From Daphnia carinata (taxonomy: Eukaryota), in the NCBI RefSeq assembly GCF_022539665.2, contig NC_081331.1, positions 7,998,001 through 8,062,000 of the forward strand: a stretch of 64,000 nucleotides of DNA, written 5' to 3'. Position numbers and translations under genes: made by a program. This document shows, piece by piece, positions 1 to 11,373 of this stretch (within the stretch, counting starts at the first letter, position 1; the number at the start of each line of letters is the position of its first letter). The notes below the pieces were generated by a model that had not been told where the DNA came from, did not search any database, and saw nothing but the letters and a program-made list of their open reading frames with translations.

Positions 1-171
1 AAGCGTAGAAAGAAAAAGACATACGATATTGCTGAAGGGAAACGTGGGGTAAACATGAAGGGTGGAAAAGAAGCTTGAGGGTAACATAAGGGATAACCAC
101 ATTACAAGAGACTGAAAATGAATAACATGTAGAAAGTTTTTTTTTTTTTCTTTTCTCTTCCTTCGACCCCT

Positions 172-666
172 TTAAAGGCATCTCAGCCTCTTAGCACGAG
201 GGTCATCCTCGTCGTCATCCTCGCCGGATCTCTTATGGGACGCGTCCCAGTGGCACGATGTCCACCCGTAGAGCGGTGGGTGGCGCCCTTCAGGGTCCAG
301 ATCCAGGATCGCCTTCAGGGTGTTCACAGCGTCATGCCATTCCTCCATGTAGATCCGGTTTAGGAGAATTCCGGTCAGCTTATAGGTTCTGTCCTGCAGC
401 TGTCTTTTATCGCGAGCCATTCCCTGGAACCAATCTTCTTCATCTTGCTTCTCGTGGACTTCCACTCGGCTGAGGTCCACGGGCTCCTGCATCTCGCATG
501 GAGCCGGCGACTCCCTGGGAACGGTCTCCGCGTCGTCGGATGCCGAGGGTGAGACCAAGTTTACGACGACGACCTCCGGAAAGGGCAGCGGAATCGCTAC
601 AATTGGGGTCCAGGTGCCGTCGATCTCGGCCTCGATGATGGCGGACTGTGGCTTGTTGTCTTCCAT
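172..666 (-). CDS. Retroelement accessory protein (164 aa), 'LDLDP-RHP' family, copy in E1
   Basis: ATG-initiated intact ORF directly 3' of pol. WHDAVNTLKAILDLDPEGRHPPLYGW aligns with the ORFs at 14406-14846 and 15761-16183. C-terminal PRAKRLR basic cluster. Confidence 0.8.
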   Translation of the reverse strand: MEDNKPQSAIIEAEIDGTWTPIVAIPLPFPEVVVVNLVSPSASDDAETVPRESPAPCEMQEPVDLSRVEVHEKQDEEDWFQGMARDKRQLQDRTYKLTGILLNRIYMEEWHDAVNTLKAILDLDPEGRHPPLYGWTSCHWDASHKRSGEDDDEDDPRAKRLRCL

Positions 667-765
667 GGTACGGTGATTCAGAGCAACTACAGGTGGCGGA
701 ACGGATAGTTCGTAATTGCTTACTGAGAGTATGAGAAGTTGTGATCTGTTTCACTCGGCGCACGG

Positions 766-773
766 TTTATATA
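766..773 (-). promoter_or_regulatory. TATA box of the accessory ORF 172-666
   Basis: TATATAAA on the minus strand ~100 bp upstream of the ATG at 666. Same arrangement at both paralogous ORFs. Confidence 0.6.
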
Positions 774-824
774 GTAGTCCGCTCGGTGCAGTTTTGACAA
801 TCGAGACTATGCTATATGATGTCA

Positions 825-3800
825 CTACGTGTCGTCCCTGTAACGAATCGGCTTCCTCCTATTTCGCTGAGGGCGTCGGGTGACACTTTCTTGATGCGAC
901 AACGCTGATGTCCCATCATCCAAGGGTTCAGATTGCCGAAGGTCGAAATCACTGGCGGCGTATGTAGGATTGTTTTCGGAGAATGCCACTGGATGCTGTG
1001 AGTCAATCGTCACATCGCAATTGTCATTTGAGGACACTCGCCCTTCGATCGGCAGATGAGGCTGTCTGATCATATTGTCCCCTCGCACTAATTGATGGCT
1101 CACCGAATCGGTGTCTAATGTCAGCTCTGGCACGGCCTCGTTCACAACACTGGGTAGGCTTTCGGCCTCGTCCTTGAGCTCGTGTGCACACGCGTCTGCC
1201 GTTTGGGTTGCAACCGACTTGCGGAATCGGTTCTCAAATTCCGAGGGTGTCTCGAATGACGGGCAATGTTCATCTTTCCATAGCATTGTCTCGTACAAAG
1301 GTTTTAATCTATTTACATGCGTACGCTGGCATACGTACGAGTTATCAGCTATATCGACCGTATTATTCGAATAAACTTTTACCACTCTATACGGTCCTTT
1401 ATATTTTGACGTAAATTTCTTGCTATCTCCTTCCTTGACTACTCGAATATCCAATAACACCCGATCGCCTATCACATATCGTTTTTCTTTCGCGCGCTTG
1501 TTATATTGTTCCCTTTGGCGCTTTCTAGCTTTTTCGCTTTCCTCTCTAACTCTTTGAAAACTATAACGCAAACGTTCTGTCAGATTCCCAACATAGTCAG
1601 AAGAAGATTTGAATGTTTTGGGAGATGCATTAAGAAATTCGTTAATAGGAATGTTTGGGTCCCTACCGTGAAGTAAATAATATGGAGTGTCCAATGTCGA
1701 AGAGTGGACCGAGCTACGATACGCAAATAAAACATCATCTAATATTTCTTCCCAATTGGCATGCTCGCCGTCTTTTAATTCTTTTCTTAACATAGACGTT
1801 AAAGTTCGATTGAACCTTTCCGTCTCCCCATTACTAGCAGGGTTATAAGCGGTGGTTAACCTCTGATCGATCTTCAATTTTTTACAAAAATAGCGAAATA
1901 ACTTGGACGTGAAATTTGTCCCACGATCAGAAATAATTGCCTTAGGCATACCATGTCTAACAATAACAGTTTTATATACACATTCTGCTGTTGTCTGAGC
2001 AGTTTGATCTTTTAAAGCAACAGCCTCAACCCAACGGCTAAAATAATCTGTAATAACTAAAATGTAACTATTACCATTGGGCGAAACTGGTGTAATAGGA
2101 CCCAGAAAGTCCATTCCAATTACATCAAAAGGAGCCTTCGCAATTTCGTGCGGATGCAAAAGTGCTCGATAGGGTGAAGCAGTGTTGGCTATGCAAACTT
2201 CACAAGCCCGGCAATATTCTTTAACATCGCCTCTCATGTTGGGCCAATAATAATTATTTTTGACTTTCATATAGGTCTTATAAAATGCCAAATGTCCACC
2301 CATCGGTGCGTCGTGTAATTCTTTAAGCACTAGTTGGCGTAGGGATAATGGCAAAACTAATTGATGATGGGTGTCGTTCCTTTTATTACTCTGAGATGGC
2401 AGTTCCCGTCTATAAAGTATTCCTTCAATTACCTCAAAATATTCAATTTCCTTTACCCACTCGGGTTTGGACAATGTAAAAATTTCATCCAGCTCTCCTT
2501 CTTCCAGATAATTCTTGATGGCTATACAGAGGTCGTCCTCCTGTTGTTTTTCGCAGATCAATTTAATATCCTTCCCAGTTTGAATGCTAGCTATTTTTAA
2601 TCTAGACAAACAGTCCGCGTTCTGGTGAACACGGCCTGGCCTATATTTTAATTCATAATTTGTTGCAGCCAATAAAATGGCCCACCTCCCTAACCTTCCA
2701 TTATTATCCTTCTGATTTTTAAGCCACTGCAAAGGACGATGGTCACTAATTATCTCAAAGGGTTTATCCAAGAGATAGTGACGGAAATGTTTAATGGCAT
2801 CCACGACTGCCAGAGCTTCTTTTTCGGTTGTACTATACTTCATTTCCGCCTTAGTTAACTGCCTACTGGAGTACGCTATCGGGTGCTCTTGGCCGTTTTG
2901 CATTTGAGATAAGACGGCCCCAATACCATAGTCGCAGGCGTCAGTGAAAAGAATAAATTTTTCATTAAAATTTGGATATGCGAGAACCGGCGGTGTAACC
3001 AGGGATGTCCGTAACTTTACAAACGCGACTTGTTCTTCGTCTCCCCAGGTAAAAGGTCTTTTACTAAGATCTTTGTGAGTTAACCTAGTCAGAGGTTTTG
3101 CGATTGAACCAAAGTTGGGAATAAATCTCCTATAATAACCTGCTAACCCGAGAAATGACCTCACCTCATCGGCAGAAGTAGGCGTTTTGTAATTTAATAT
3201 TTTGTCGATTTTTCCAGGATCAGGTTTAATTCCCTCAGTCGAAATGACGTGGCCCAAATAATTTACAGAACTTTTAACGAATTGACATTTCTTAAGCTTT
3301 AATTTTAAATTGGCAGTTTTCAATAAGGTAAAAATTTCCCGAATATCTTTCAAATGATTATCAAAAGTATCCGAAAATATAATGACGTCATCCAAATAAG
3401 CTAACGCTTTATGTCCCAAAACGTCTTTCAGTACATAATTCATTAATCTTTGAAATGTGGCAGGTGCATTGCACAAGCCAAACGCCATCCTTTTAAACTC
3501 GTAAAGATTGTTTTCTACTACAAAAGCCGTTTTTTCAATGTCTGGTTCATTCACTTGAATTTGCCAGTAGCCGGAGGCCAAATCGAGGGTCGTAAAAAAT
3601 TTCTTCCCATATAATTTATCTAACGTTTCATCAATCCTTGGCATAGGGAATGAATCTTTTTTTGTAATGCTATTTAATTTCCGATAATCAACGCAAAACC
3701 TCACGTCTCCGCCTTTCTTCTCAACCAAAACCACAGGTGACGCCCATGGAGAATGAGAATATTGTATTACATTTGCGTCCATCATTTCCTGCACTTTATC

Positions 3801-4801
3801 CTCCAGTATCTTTCTTTGGTGGTTCGTAACTCGATAGGGTCGTTGCCGGATAGGGCCTCTTCCTTGGGTATCGATCGTATGCTTAATGAGATTAGTGCTC
3901 CCTAATTCCGACTCTTTTGTTGCGAACAAGTCATGAAAGTCATTTAATAAACTTGAGAGCGGAGCTTGAAATTCAGCGTCGACTTCCGAAATTAAAACTA
4001 GCTCCCGTTTTTGTGTAGGCTTTTCCTCTGGTTGACATAAGGCAATCTTACCAATTACGTTATGAATTACTTCGATTTGGCCTAAGGTTGTATTCCTAGG
4101 AAGTATGACTTGACTTAACGAATGGTTTTCGACCATAATTTGATATTTCCCATCTCCCGATACAGTTCCAACAAATTCTTCAATAAAAATACCGGCCGGC
4201 AAATCCTCTGCTGGGGTAAAAATAAATGTGCTATTAGGGGGGACATACGGAAATGAACCTGTCATTTGCGCTGCGATTACGAGCGCCGTCTGACGAACTA
4301 GCGTCGTCTTTTTGACCGTCGTAATTGCCATGTCTGGTGCCCTAGAGATGGCTGATCCCTGCTCATCCCTGGCTAAGTAAATACGTTTGGCTTCTCCGTC
4401 AAGCCGAAACCCGTGTTTCTGGATTGCATCCCATCCAAGGATACAGTCTTCAGAAACACCATTTGTAACAATGAACTCTTGCCGTAAAACGGACTCTCCG
4501 TAACGTACGGGCAATGTAACTTTACCCAGCGTATGCAACTTGTTATCTCCCACATCGTATAAATCGAAATCAAGCTGACTGCAGGTTACTTGATTTCTCG
4601 AGGGAAGCTTTTGAAATATCTTCTCGTGAATTATGCTTCTAGACGCGCCTGTGTCAAATAATGCCTGTAAAGGGATCTGAAAAATTTGTAATGGAATTCT
4701 GGGGGTCGATTCGTTTATTATTGTTGTTAATTTCGCAACTTGTCGGGATTTCAACTGAGGTACCCTATCAACTGACCCGAAGTTACAGTTGATACTTATT
4801 G
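825..4801 (-). CDS. pol: Pol polyprotein of E1 (protease, reverse transcriptase, RNase H, integrase), expressed by -1 frameshift from gag
   Basis: LFDTGAS protease; LDLASGYWQI and YLDD RT motifs; FTDACDYGIGAVL RNase H; HHCC zinc finger (LHDAPMGGH...CRACEVC); integrase D-D-E (GMDF, ISDRG, ETERFN); GPY motif. Gypsy domain order, no internal stops. Confidence 0.96.
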
Positions 4802-4808
4802 GTTTCCC
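4743..4808 (-). promoter_or_regulatory. Programmed -1 ribosomal frameshift signal (G GGA AAC plus downstream hairpin/pseudoknot), E1
   Basis: GGGAAAC at 4808-4802, 7-nt spacer, 9-bp stem TATCAACTG/CAGTTGATA (4794-4766). Loop TCGGG is complementary to downstream CCCGA (4747-4743). A -1 slip leads into the pol frame (PISINCNFGSVDRVPQLKSRQ). Confidence 0.85.
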
Positions 4809-6067
4809 TGATGCTGAGGGGGACCCGGAATATTAGGCCTACTGGCCCTATACTTAGGACAATTGTTTGATTTATGGCCGATCTCACGGCAAGAATAGCA
4901 AATTGGGGGCTGTGCTTGTTCCAACATATACCGTTGAAATTTACGGCACTCCGATTGTGTGTGACCCCGAAACCCACAATAGTTGCAAGTTATTACATTC
5001 TCAATAGGCCCATTGTTCGGATTATGACCAGATCTTGGCGAAGATGGCATATAATTTGTAGGCCTATTTTGGTTCTTATCCCCTTGATACGGGTGGGTGT
5101 TACTCTTAGGGAAAGGTGGAGGGTTTGTCTTCCAGTTAACTTTCCCGATTGCCGTTGCCTGTTTGAAATGATACCCTTTTTTTATATGGGGCACCCGCCG
5201 AAGAAGAAACATTATCCTTCTTATTAATTTGGAGTTGTTTGACCGCCTGACTGAGCTCGCGCAGCGCATCTTTAATTTCATCCTTCTCCGATTTCGGAGT
5301 GTCTACGATCTTGTTCCCTTGACGTATATTCGCGACGGCCTGATTGACTATTGCTTTCTGATCGATTAACATCTGCTTAATCTCATGCAATTCTGTATTT
5401 TCTGCACCTTTCGACTCGTCGATCGCCCTAACAAACTCATGTTTTTCACGGTCAGATTCGAGTGCTTCCAAGCGAACAGCATAAACGCGTGTCGTTGCAA
5501 CCAGTGCGTTAAAGTCGCCAAATTCTTTGTACTTAACTTTCGCCTGTAACTTGGAATCCAAACCTTCGATAAATTTCTGCATGAGAATAATTGAAAAGGA
5601 ACGCTCGATATGGCCTACAGGATACGCTTTTTTAAAGATTTCCTGAAGACGATGAGCATAATCAATTATTTTTTCTCCCGGTTTCCGTTTAGCCTTATTA
5701 AATTTCTTAATATACAAGTCAACGTTTTCGTCCCCGTGAAAGTGATCAAGTAAAGCTTCTTTAATAGACGTATAGTCATGAGGATGATCTTTGACAATAT
5801 TTTGCACTACGGAAAAAGCCTTATCAGTCATTTTTGCTCGCAACATCTGAATAACCTTCTCCTCTGACCATCCTGACCCCTCAACTACGCTTTCAAAGGA
5901 TTCGATCCAGGAATCAAAACGAGAAATTGGACTCCCTGAAAAAGAAGGAAGCAGTTGTAAGCGCGCGAAGGTATGTTGGGTAGTCTGAAGATCGTTCAAG
6001 TCGTTGACCGTGGCTGCCCGTGATGGGGATGAAGAACTAGCCATGTTTGGATTAAATGAAGGGAAAT

Positions 6068-9000
6068 TTATTGTTCCTCGTTGTGGATTCGGAGGGAGTT
6101 CTGGAATGCCACTCGAAATTGCCTGATGCCCTCTGGTATCTCTTCCGGTCGTCTGGAGGGTTGGATGTGAGGAACGATTCGATTGATTGATCGTCTGCAA
6201 CGTTGGCGTCTGCTGTGTGTCCGCCGTTCTTGCGAGGTTGTTTCCGACAGCGGCGATGTGTGTTGGGCCGGTGTGGCTTGTAGTTGGGTAATGTTCGTTT
6301 GTATGCACAACAGCGCTTGTTTCAATCGTATTTCCGTTTGCGTGATTAGTGGTTTGATGTTGTTGGCCTCCTGTGCGTTGACTGGGTTGTTGGCTTTCGG
6401 AAAATTGTTCAGTTTGTCCAAGAGAAGTTGAATTTCTGGTTGCAGCACCTCCAAATTGTTGATTAAGTTTAGTTTTTCCAAGTACGACGCTAGGTTGTTC
6501 ACTTCCTTCAAGAATGCTCGTTGTGATGCCAGTAAGATTTCTTCCAGATGGATTGATATGTCGCTCACTACCCCTAGTAGAACAAGATATCTTCACACAA
6601 TCTTAAAGATAGCGATACATCTATGGCAAATACATCTTAGATATCTTACTACTATCTTTGTACTAGCTTTGTACTAGCTAAATGTCATGGGGTGGAGATA
6701 TCTTGTTTATATATCTTACGAATATCCTAAAAGCCACTTTCTAGATAACTGTATAGGGAACTTATCGCTCTAAAATAAATAGTAAATACAAAAAAAAGAA
6801 TACATTTTTTAAAGACAGTTTATTTTTAAAATCCGAATTACAATTGGCAAAGAAAAACAAGTTACAAACTGTGACAGGAAGACATTCAAGTCTTATTATT
6901 AATTAGAATCGCTGCTGTTGTCTTCCGCCGCAAGTTTCACTTGTTCTGCCACAAAACGCCCTTTTGCATTATGAAGATACGATTTGGTTTCAGCGACGAA
7001 CACTTCTTTTTCCAGATCTTTAAACTTTGAATTGGAGATGATTCTAACTAAATATAAAATATTTTTATTTAACTACTTATTTTACTCTTTACTTATATCT
7101 CTTCTCTATATAAAATGGTTACCTCTTACTAATTCCGTTATACGACAAGAGTGGATTCCTTTTTTTCCCATTCCGCCGTTTACTCTCTTATCACGTCTCC
7201 CAAGCCAATTTACATCCTTAGAGAGTGAATCTTCAAATACTGTTCTCCACGCTCTTTGTACACATAGTCGCCTTCAGAATTTTTGGAATTCTTTTTCCTG
7301 AAAGACGGATTTTTCGGACTATCTATTCATGAATGAAAGAGGAGTTTAACATACTAAATGAAATATATAAATTATTGAAAACTTACTAGCTTCTTCAGAT
7401 TTTCATCTTTTTTAAGAATTTTTTCGAATGCTTCCAATACTAAGTTTTTTAATGGAAAAGAAGCAATGCCTTCATCTATTTCCTCAATGCATTCGTCAAC
7501 TGGATTAATTTTTTTATCGATCATAGACAACTTTTCATTAATCTTGGCAAGGTCAGAGAAGTATTTCTCTTTGTCGTGATTGACTTTCTTTGGAATGGGA
7601 AGAGACGATGGAGAATCCGTAGCATAATAAGACGAAGAATCTCGGGATGTAGAAGGGCCGGAACTACTTTCAGCATCTAAAAAAATATGGTTAAGGATTA
7701 TACGTTTAAAATGAAAATATTCTGATTAGTTACGAAGTTGCAGATGATGTGATTTTTGTGACATTTGGCCTATAGCTTGTTATTGCTCCAATATTTTGCT
7801 GGCTCGGAAATTCAGGGACAGTTGATGGTGTTTGATAAGAAGAATTCATTAAATGTGAATTATAGTTCCAGTACGGCTGCTGCATTCCCCAGTTGTAATG
7901 ACCACCATTGTAATTAAATTGCGGATGCATATTTTCTGATATGTTCACAATAAACAAAATAAAGAAAAATATGTAAAACAGTATTGAAAAAGAGGTTGAT
8001 GAAAGAAAGGTATTTTTTATGATTACCGAACTGGTGGGTTCCATATGAGTCGTCGGAATTACCTATTTAATGCACAAGAATATTTTGAAAAAAAAGGTTT
8101 AGCATTAAACTAGAATTAACATTACCAGACTGAATCGACTGTTGAATTTGCATATCCACAGGAGACGACGAATCTTCTGTAATTATAGAATAAGGAGAGT
8201 AAGGTAATTATAGAAGGAGTGCACTGCACATTTAATCCGAATAGTAACGGCGAACAAAAACACGATATAATAGACAAGACAACAGTAACTGAACCAAAAA
8301 TTAAGAAGTAAATAATATCATTATTACCAGGTTGAAACGATTGTTGACTTGGCATATGCACAGGAGACGATGTATCTTCTATAATTATAGAATAAGTTAG
8401 GTAATTACCGCAAGAGTGACCGGCACATTTGTCCGAAAAGAAACGTGAAACAAAAATAAACGATATACTACGAGACCACAGTAACTGTACCAAAATAACG
8501 AAATAAGCAGCATAATTACCAGGCGCATTCAATGAGAGAACTTTGGCATTGGAACGCACTATTAACGCTTCCAGACTTGACATATCGCTATGAGGTAACG
8601 AAAATTTTTCAACTTAATGAAAAATTGCGTTGCATGAATGTTATGCAACAATGTATTAAATATTATAATTACGAGACGAATTTGACGAAAGGACCACAGC
8701 ATTAGAAGACAAACGTTTATCAGAACTGGAGGAACCTCTCTTACTAGTAGAAGCAGCAGCAATGACTAAACGAAATGACAATAAGACTTGGTTTATAGGT
8801 TTGTTAAAAGTTCAAAATCAATTATCCTTTTTAGTTGACGTTGAAGCATTGCTGGATTGTTTAGAAACCAACAAGGCTCTAGGAGGTATTGGAAGCAAAG
8901 TAGAAGTGGCCATTCCTTTGGCAGAGTTTGTATGGGAGGCTTTCTTAATCGTCTTTCCTTTGCTGGGTGCTGATTTTTTAGGTGGGCTGAGAGACTCTCC

Positions 9001-10129
9001 CTCGCTGTCTATTTCTGTTGTTGATTGTCCAGGTATATTTAGTTTCTTCCTTTTAGGGACTCGTTTTCCTCTGCCTGAGTTTTCTTGATTAAGAATGGGC
9101 AGGCCAGTTTCAACACGGGGAAGACTTGTTGTTGCTTCTTCATACGTGTCTTTAAAAAGGAAGCAATATTGTTACATTAAACATACAAAATGAAGTAGTA
9201 ACGCAAATTACCAAAAGTTCCAATTATTTGGAAATCCTCGTATCTCTGCCATGTTTCCTCATCAGGTGGAACGCCACACTACAAAATTTGGATTTGATGT
9301 GCAGCTGAATAACTATCATTCGGTAAATAGAGAATGTCTTCCTCTATCCAATTTTCTGCCACTACATAAAGCCAGTTATCTATTATAGGTAATATTTTGG
9401 GAACTTCAACAATACAACAACAATACAAAGGTATTGAATATCTCATAATATATCTAGCAGTTAGCTGGTAGATATCTATAAAGACATATAAAATTGATAT
9501 GACTTTTTGATATACAATAGATATCTTAGAGAACTAAATACATCGGCTAGACATATATATATCTTAAAGATAGGAGTAAGATATCTTGTTCTACTAGGGA
9601 CGGTGATTATCTCCACGTATCTGCCGTCCTCGTCGGTGGTTTCGATATCTTTTCTCGGAACGAACCCGAAAATTCTTCCCGCTCTCGTTGGTGTGATCTT
9701 TTGCAGATCGATGAGATTGTAGATTTGACCGTGTAGACAAGTCAAAACCTGTCTCGCGTGCCGGGTGAAAATCCCCTTGAGCTCCGTCACAACCTCCCCT
9801 ATCTGCTTCTTCGTCTTCTTCGGTATCGGTCCACTGACTTTCACTTCCAGAATGGATGTCAGGTACTTCAGGAGAATCCTCGGTTGTTTCCAATTCGTCT
9901 GCGTCGGCTGTTCCACGTGGTAATTCCTCTGGACGTCGAGCATCAACTGGACAAGGTGATCCCAGATTTTCGGGTCGCTTGACTGAAAATCCTTCTCCCT
10001 CTCCTTGAGGCTTTGGAGGGTTAGTAATAGGAACGGCAGCTGGCTTTTCGGTGACTGAAAGATGTTGTTTTCGTTCTTTTTGACTTCTTGCAAAAGATGC
10101 TTGAGACTCACGTTGAGCTGTTCTTCCAT
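6068..10129 (-). CDS. Overprinted +1-frame ORF X within the E1 gag 5' extension (343 aa reconstructed; split by the DNA transposon)
   Basis: 10129-9600 plus 6569-6068 = 1032 nt open frame. Colinear with E2 ORF 21512-22561 (SQLPxLLLTLxxLKERExDFQSxxPxIW...). Arg-rich C-terminal tail. Confidence 0.78.
6572..9599. mobile_element. Non-autonomous DNA transposon, probably CMC/EnSpm (CACTA-type)
   Basis: Perfect 22-bp TIRs CCCTAGTAGAACAAGATATCTT, 2-bp TSD AC (6570-6571 / 9600-9601), subterminal AGATATCT repeats. Precise removal restores both gag and ORF X frames. Confidence 0.88.
6899..9446 (-). pseudogene. Spliced accessory gene of the DNA transposon (DUF4806-like / EnSpm ORF2-like), with stop codons
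   Basis: Exon 1 MRYSIP...VVAENWIEEDILYLPN..*..PPDEETWQRY..IIGTF spliced to DTYEEA. C-terminal NWLGRRDK and ETKSYLHNAKGRF. Pattern typical of CMC-element accessory proteins; no transposase seen. Confidence 0.5.
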
Positions 10130-10645
10130 TGGCTGCTCTCTTTTCCGAAAAGAAATTCGAAACGGCAATCGAGAAAGATTTGGTGGGAGAAGTTTGCTGG
10201 GAAACGGACCTTCGTTTTGGCGAAAGATGTCCTACAATTCTGTCTAAAAGGGAGGGTGACTTCGTAAAAGTCGAGGTTTTCTCTGTGCGCTGGACCTGAG
10301 GTTTGCGAGCGTTCGAAATGTCTAGACCAGGTACCGACTCGTATGCGGAATTTGATCTTAACTTCCTCTTCTGAGAGCTATCAGGAATCGCCCGCGGTTT
10401 TAAAACAGGGGAAGCGGACTTTTTAATAGCGTTTGTTTTCCTATTGGAAGTCTTACACCCCGTAAACTTATCAGCAACGGCAGACTTAGCAGTGGGTAAT
10501 GCTTCAAAATTGATAGCTCTCGCTACAGATTCGTCAATAGGTGTAGTGGCCTCAACAGAAATGTTAGTAGCGGCAACAGGCGTTCGAGAAAGTTTAGGCC
10601 TACTGTGGAAAATATTATCAGTCATTGTGGGTGAGTCCGAGAAAT

Positions 10646-10656
10646 CGCTGCCACCA
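10646..10656 (-). other. Primer binding site complementary to the 3' end of tRNA-Leu
   Basis: TGGTGGCAGCG 3 nt after the LTR end; complementary to ...CGCTGCCACCA, the 3' end of eukaryotic tRNA-Leu(AAG/TAG). Confidence 0.82.
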
Positions 10657-10659
10657 TTA

Positions 10660-11373
10660 TGTAAAGTATGCTCTCCTCGAGAGAGACTAGCTTTACGAAT
10701 TAATAATGAGTCAAACTCGGAGGCGATTTTTACCCACACAACGATTATATTTTCCAAGTAAGGTAAACGATACAAAAGTCAGTTTGGAATAGGGACAAAA
10801 AGGAGTTGGGCTAAAGAAAGGGAAGCCAAGTGTAATACGACACCGCAATGTAAACTTACCGCGGTGGCTCGAGCGGGGCACGGGCGAAGATATAAGAGAG
10901 GGCGGCTGTAACAGGACTTAGTCGGCACGTGCTTAAAATAATATGGGTGAATTGAACACTTAGTCAGGCACGCGACACAGCTCAATTCCCTGGTACAGAG
11001 TTACCGATAGGAATGTACTAGCTGAACTTGAACTCAACCTGTAAGAGCCAAAGGCACACCGACAACTGAACTCTTTCAGATTGTAGTTCACCACGAAACC
11101 TCGCATATTGCACAACAATTAACAACTGCGCAATTACATGTCGCAATCAGTGAAATTTGATACATCATTCTGATGGTGCAATACAGGTCATCGCATAAAC
11201 AGCCAATCACAATTGTTACTAAGCGGCTCGGCCGATGTAATATGATACGCTACTGCGCAATTTATATTGCGCCGCTACAATTGCGCAATTATACTATTGC
11301 GTGATACATGAGTCATCAATAAAGTTAAAACGGAAAGGTATTTTGAATAAAAATATTTATTTGCTTCGTTACA
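10660..11373 (-). repeat. 5' LTR of E1 (714 bp)
   Basis: Begins TGTAAC, ends TTTACA (TGTAA/TTACA inverted ends), followed by the PBS. Its start coincides with the point where the env frame of E2 is cut. The second LTR is not in the window. Confidence 0.82.

Larger units (their letters stand above)
4796..10625 (-). pseudogene. gag: gag of E1 (~930 aa when reconstructed), interrupted by the DNA transposon at 6572-9599 and a frameshift near 5140
   Basis: ATG at 10625 just after the PBS. Removing 6572-9599 plus one AC TSD joins ...GDNHR to SERHINPS in frame. Capsid-like FDSWIESFE...KFIEGL region, two CX2CX4HX4C knuckles. The frame break at ~5140 is absent in E2. Confidence 0.88.
1..11373 (-). 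mobile_element. Ty3/Gypsy-type LTR retroelement E1 (inner, younger copy; 3' part runs beyond the left edge)
   Basis: 5' LTR (TGTAAC...TTTACA), tRNA-Leu-type PBS, gag with two CCHC knuckles, -1 frameshift site, uninterrupted PR-RT-RH-IN pol, downstream accessory ORF. Confidence 0.92.

Noticed and set aside
5136..5150. Second programmed frameshift inside E1 gag
   Set aside because: It needs a +1 shift with no proper slippery context, and E2 reads through in one frame, so it is more likely a 1-nt lesion
10626..10775. First 50 residues of the 393-aa ORF
   Set aside because: They lie in the LTR/PBS; the first ATG after the PBS is at 10625
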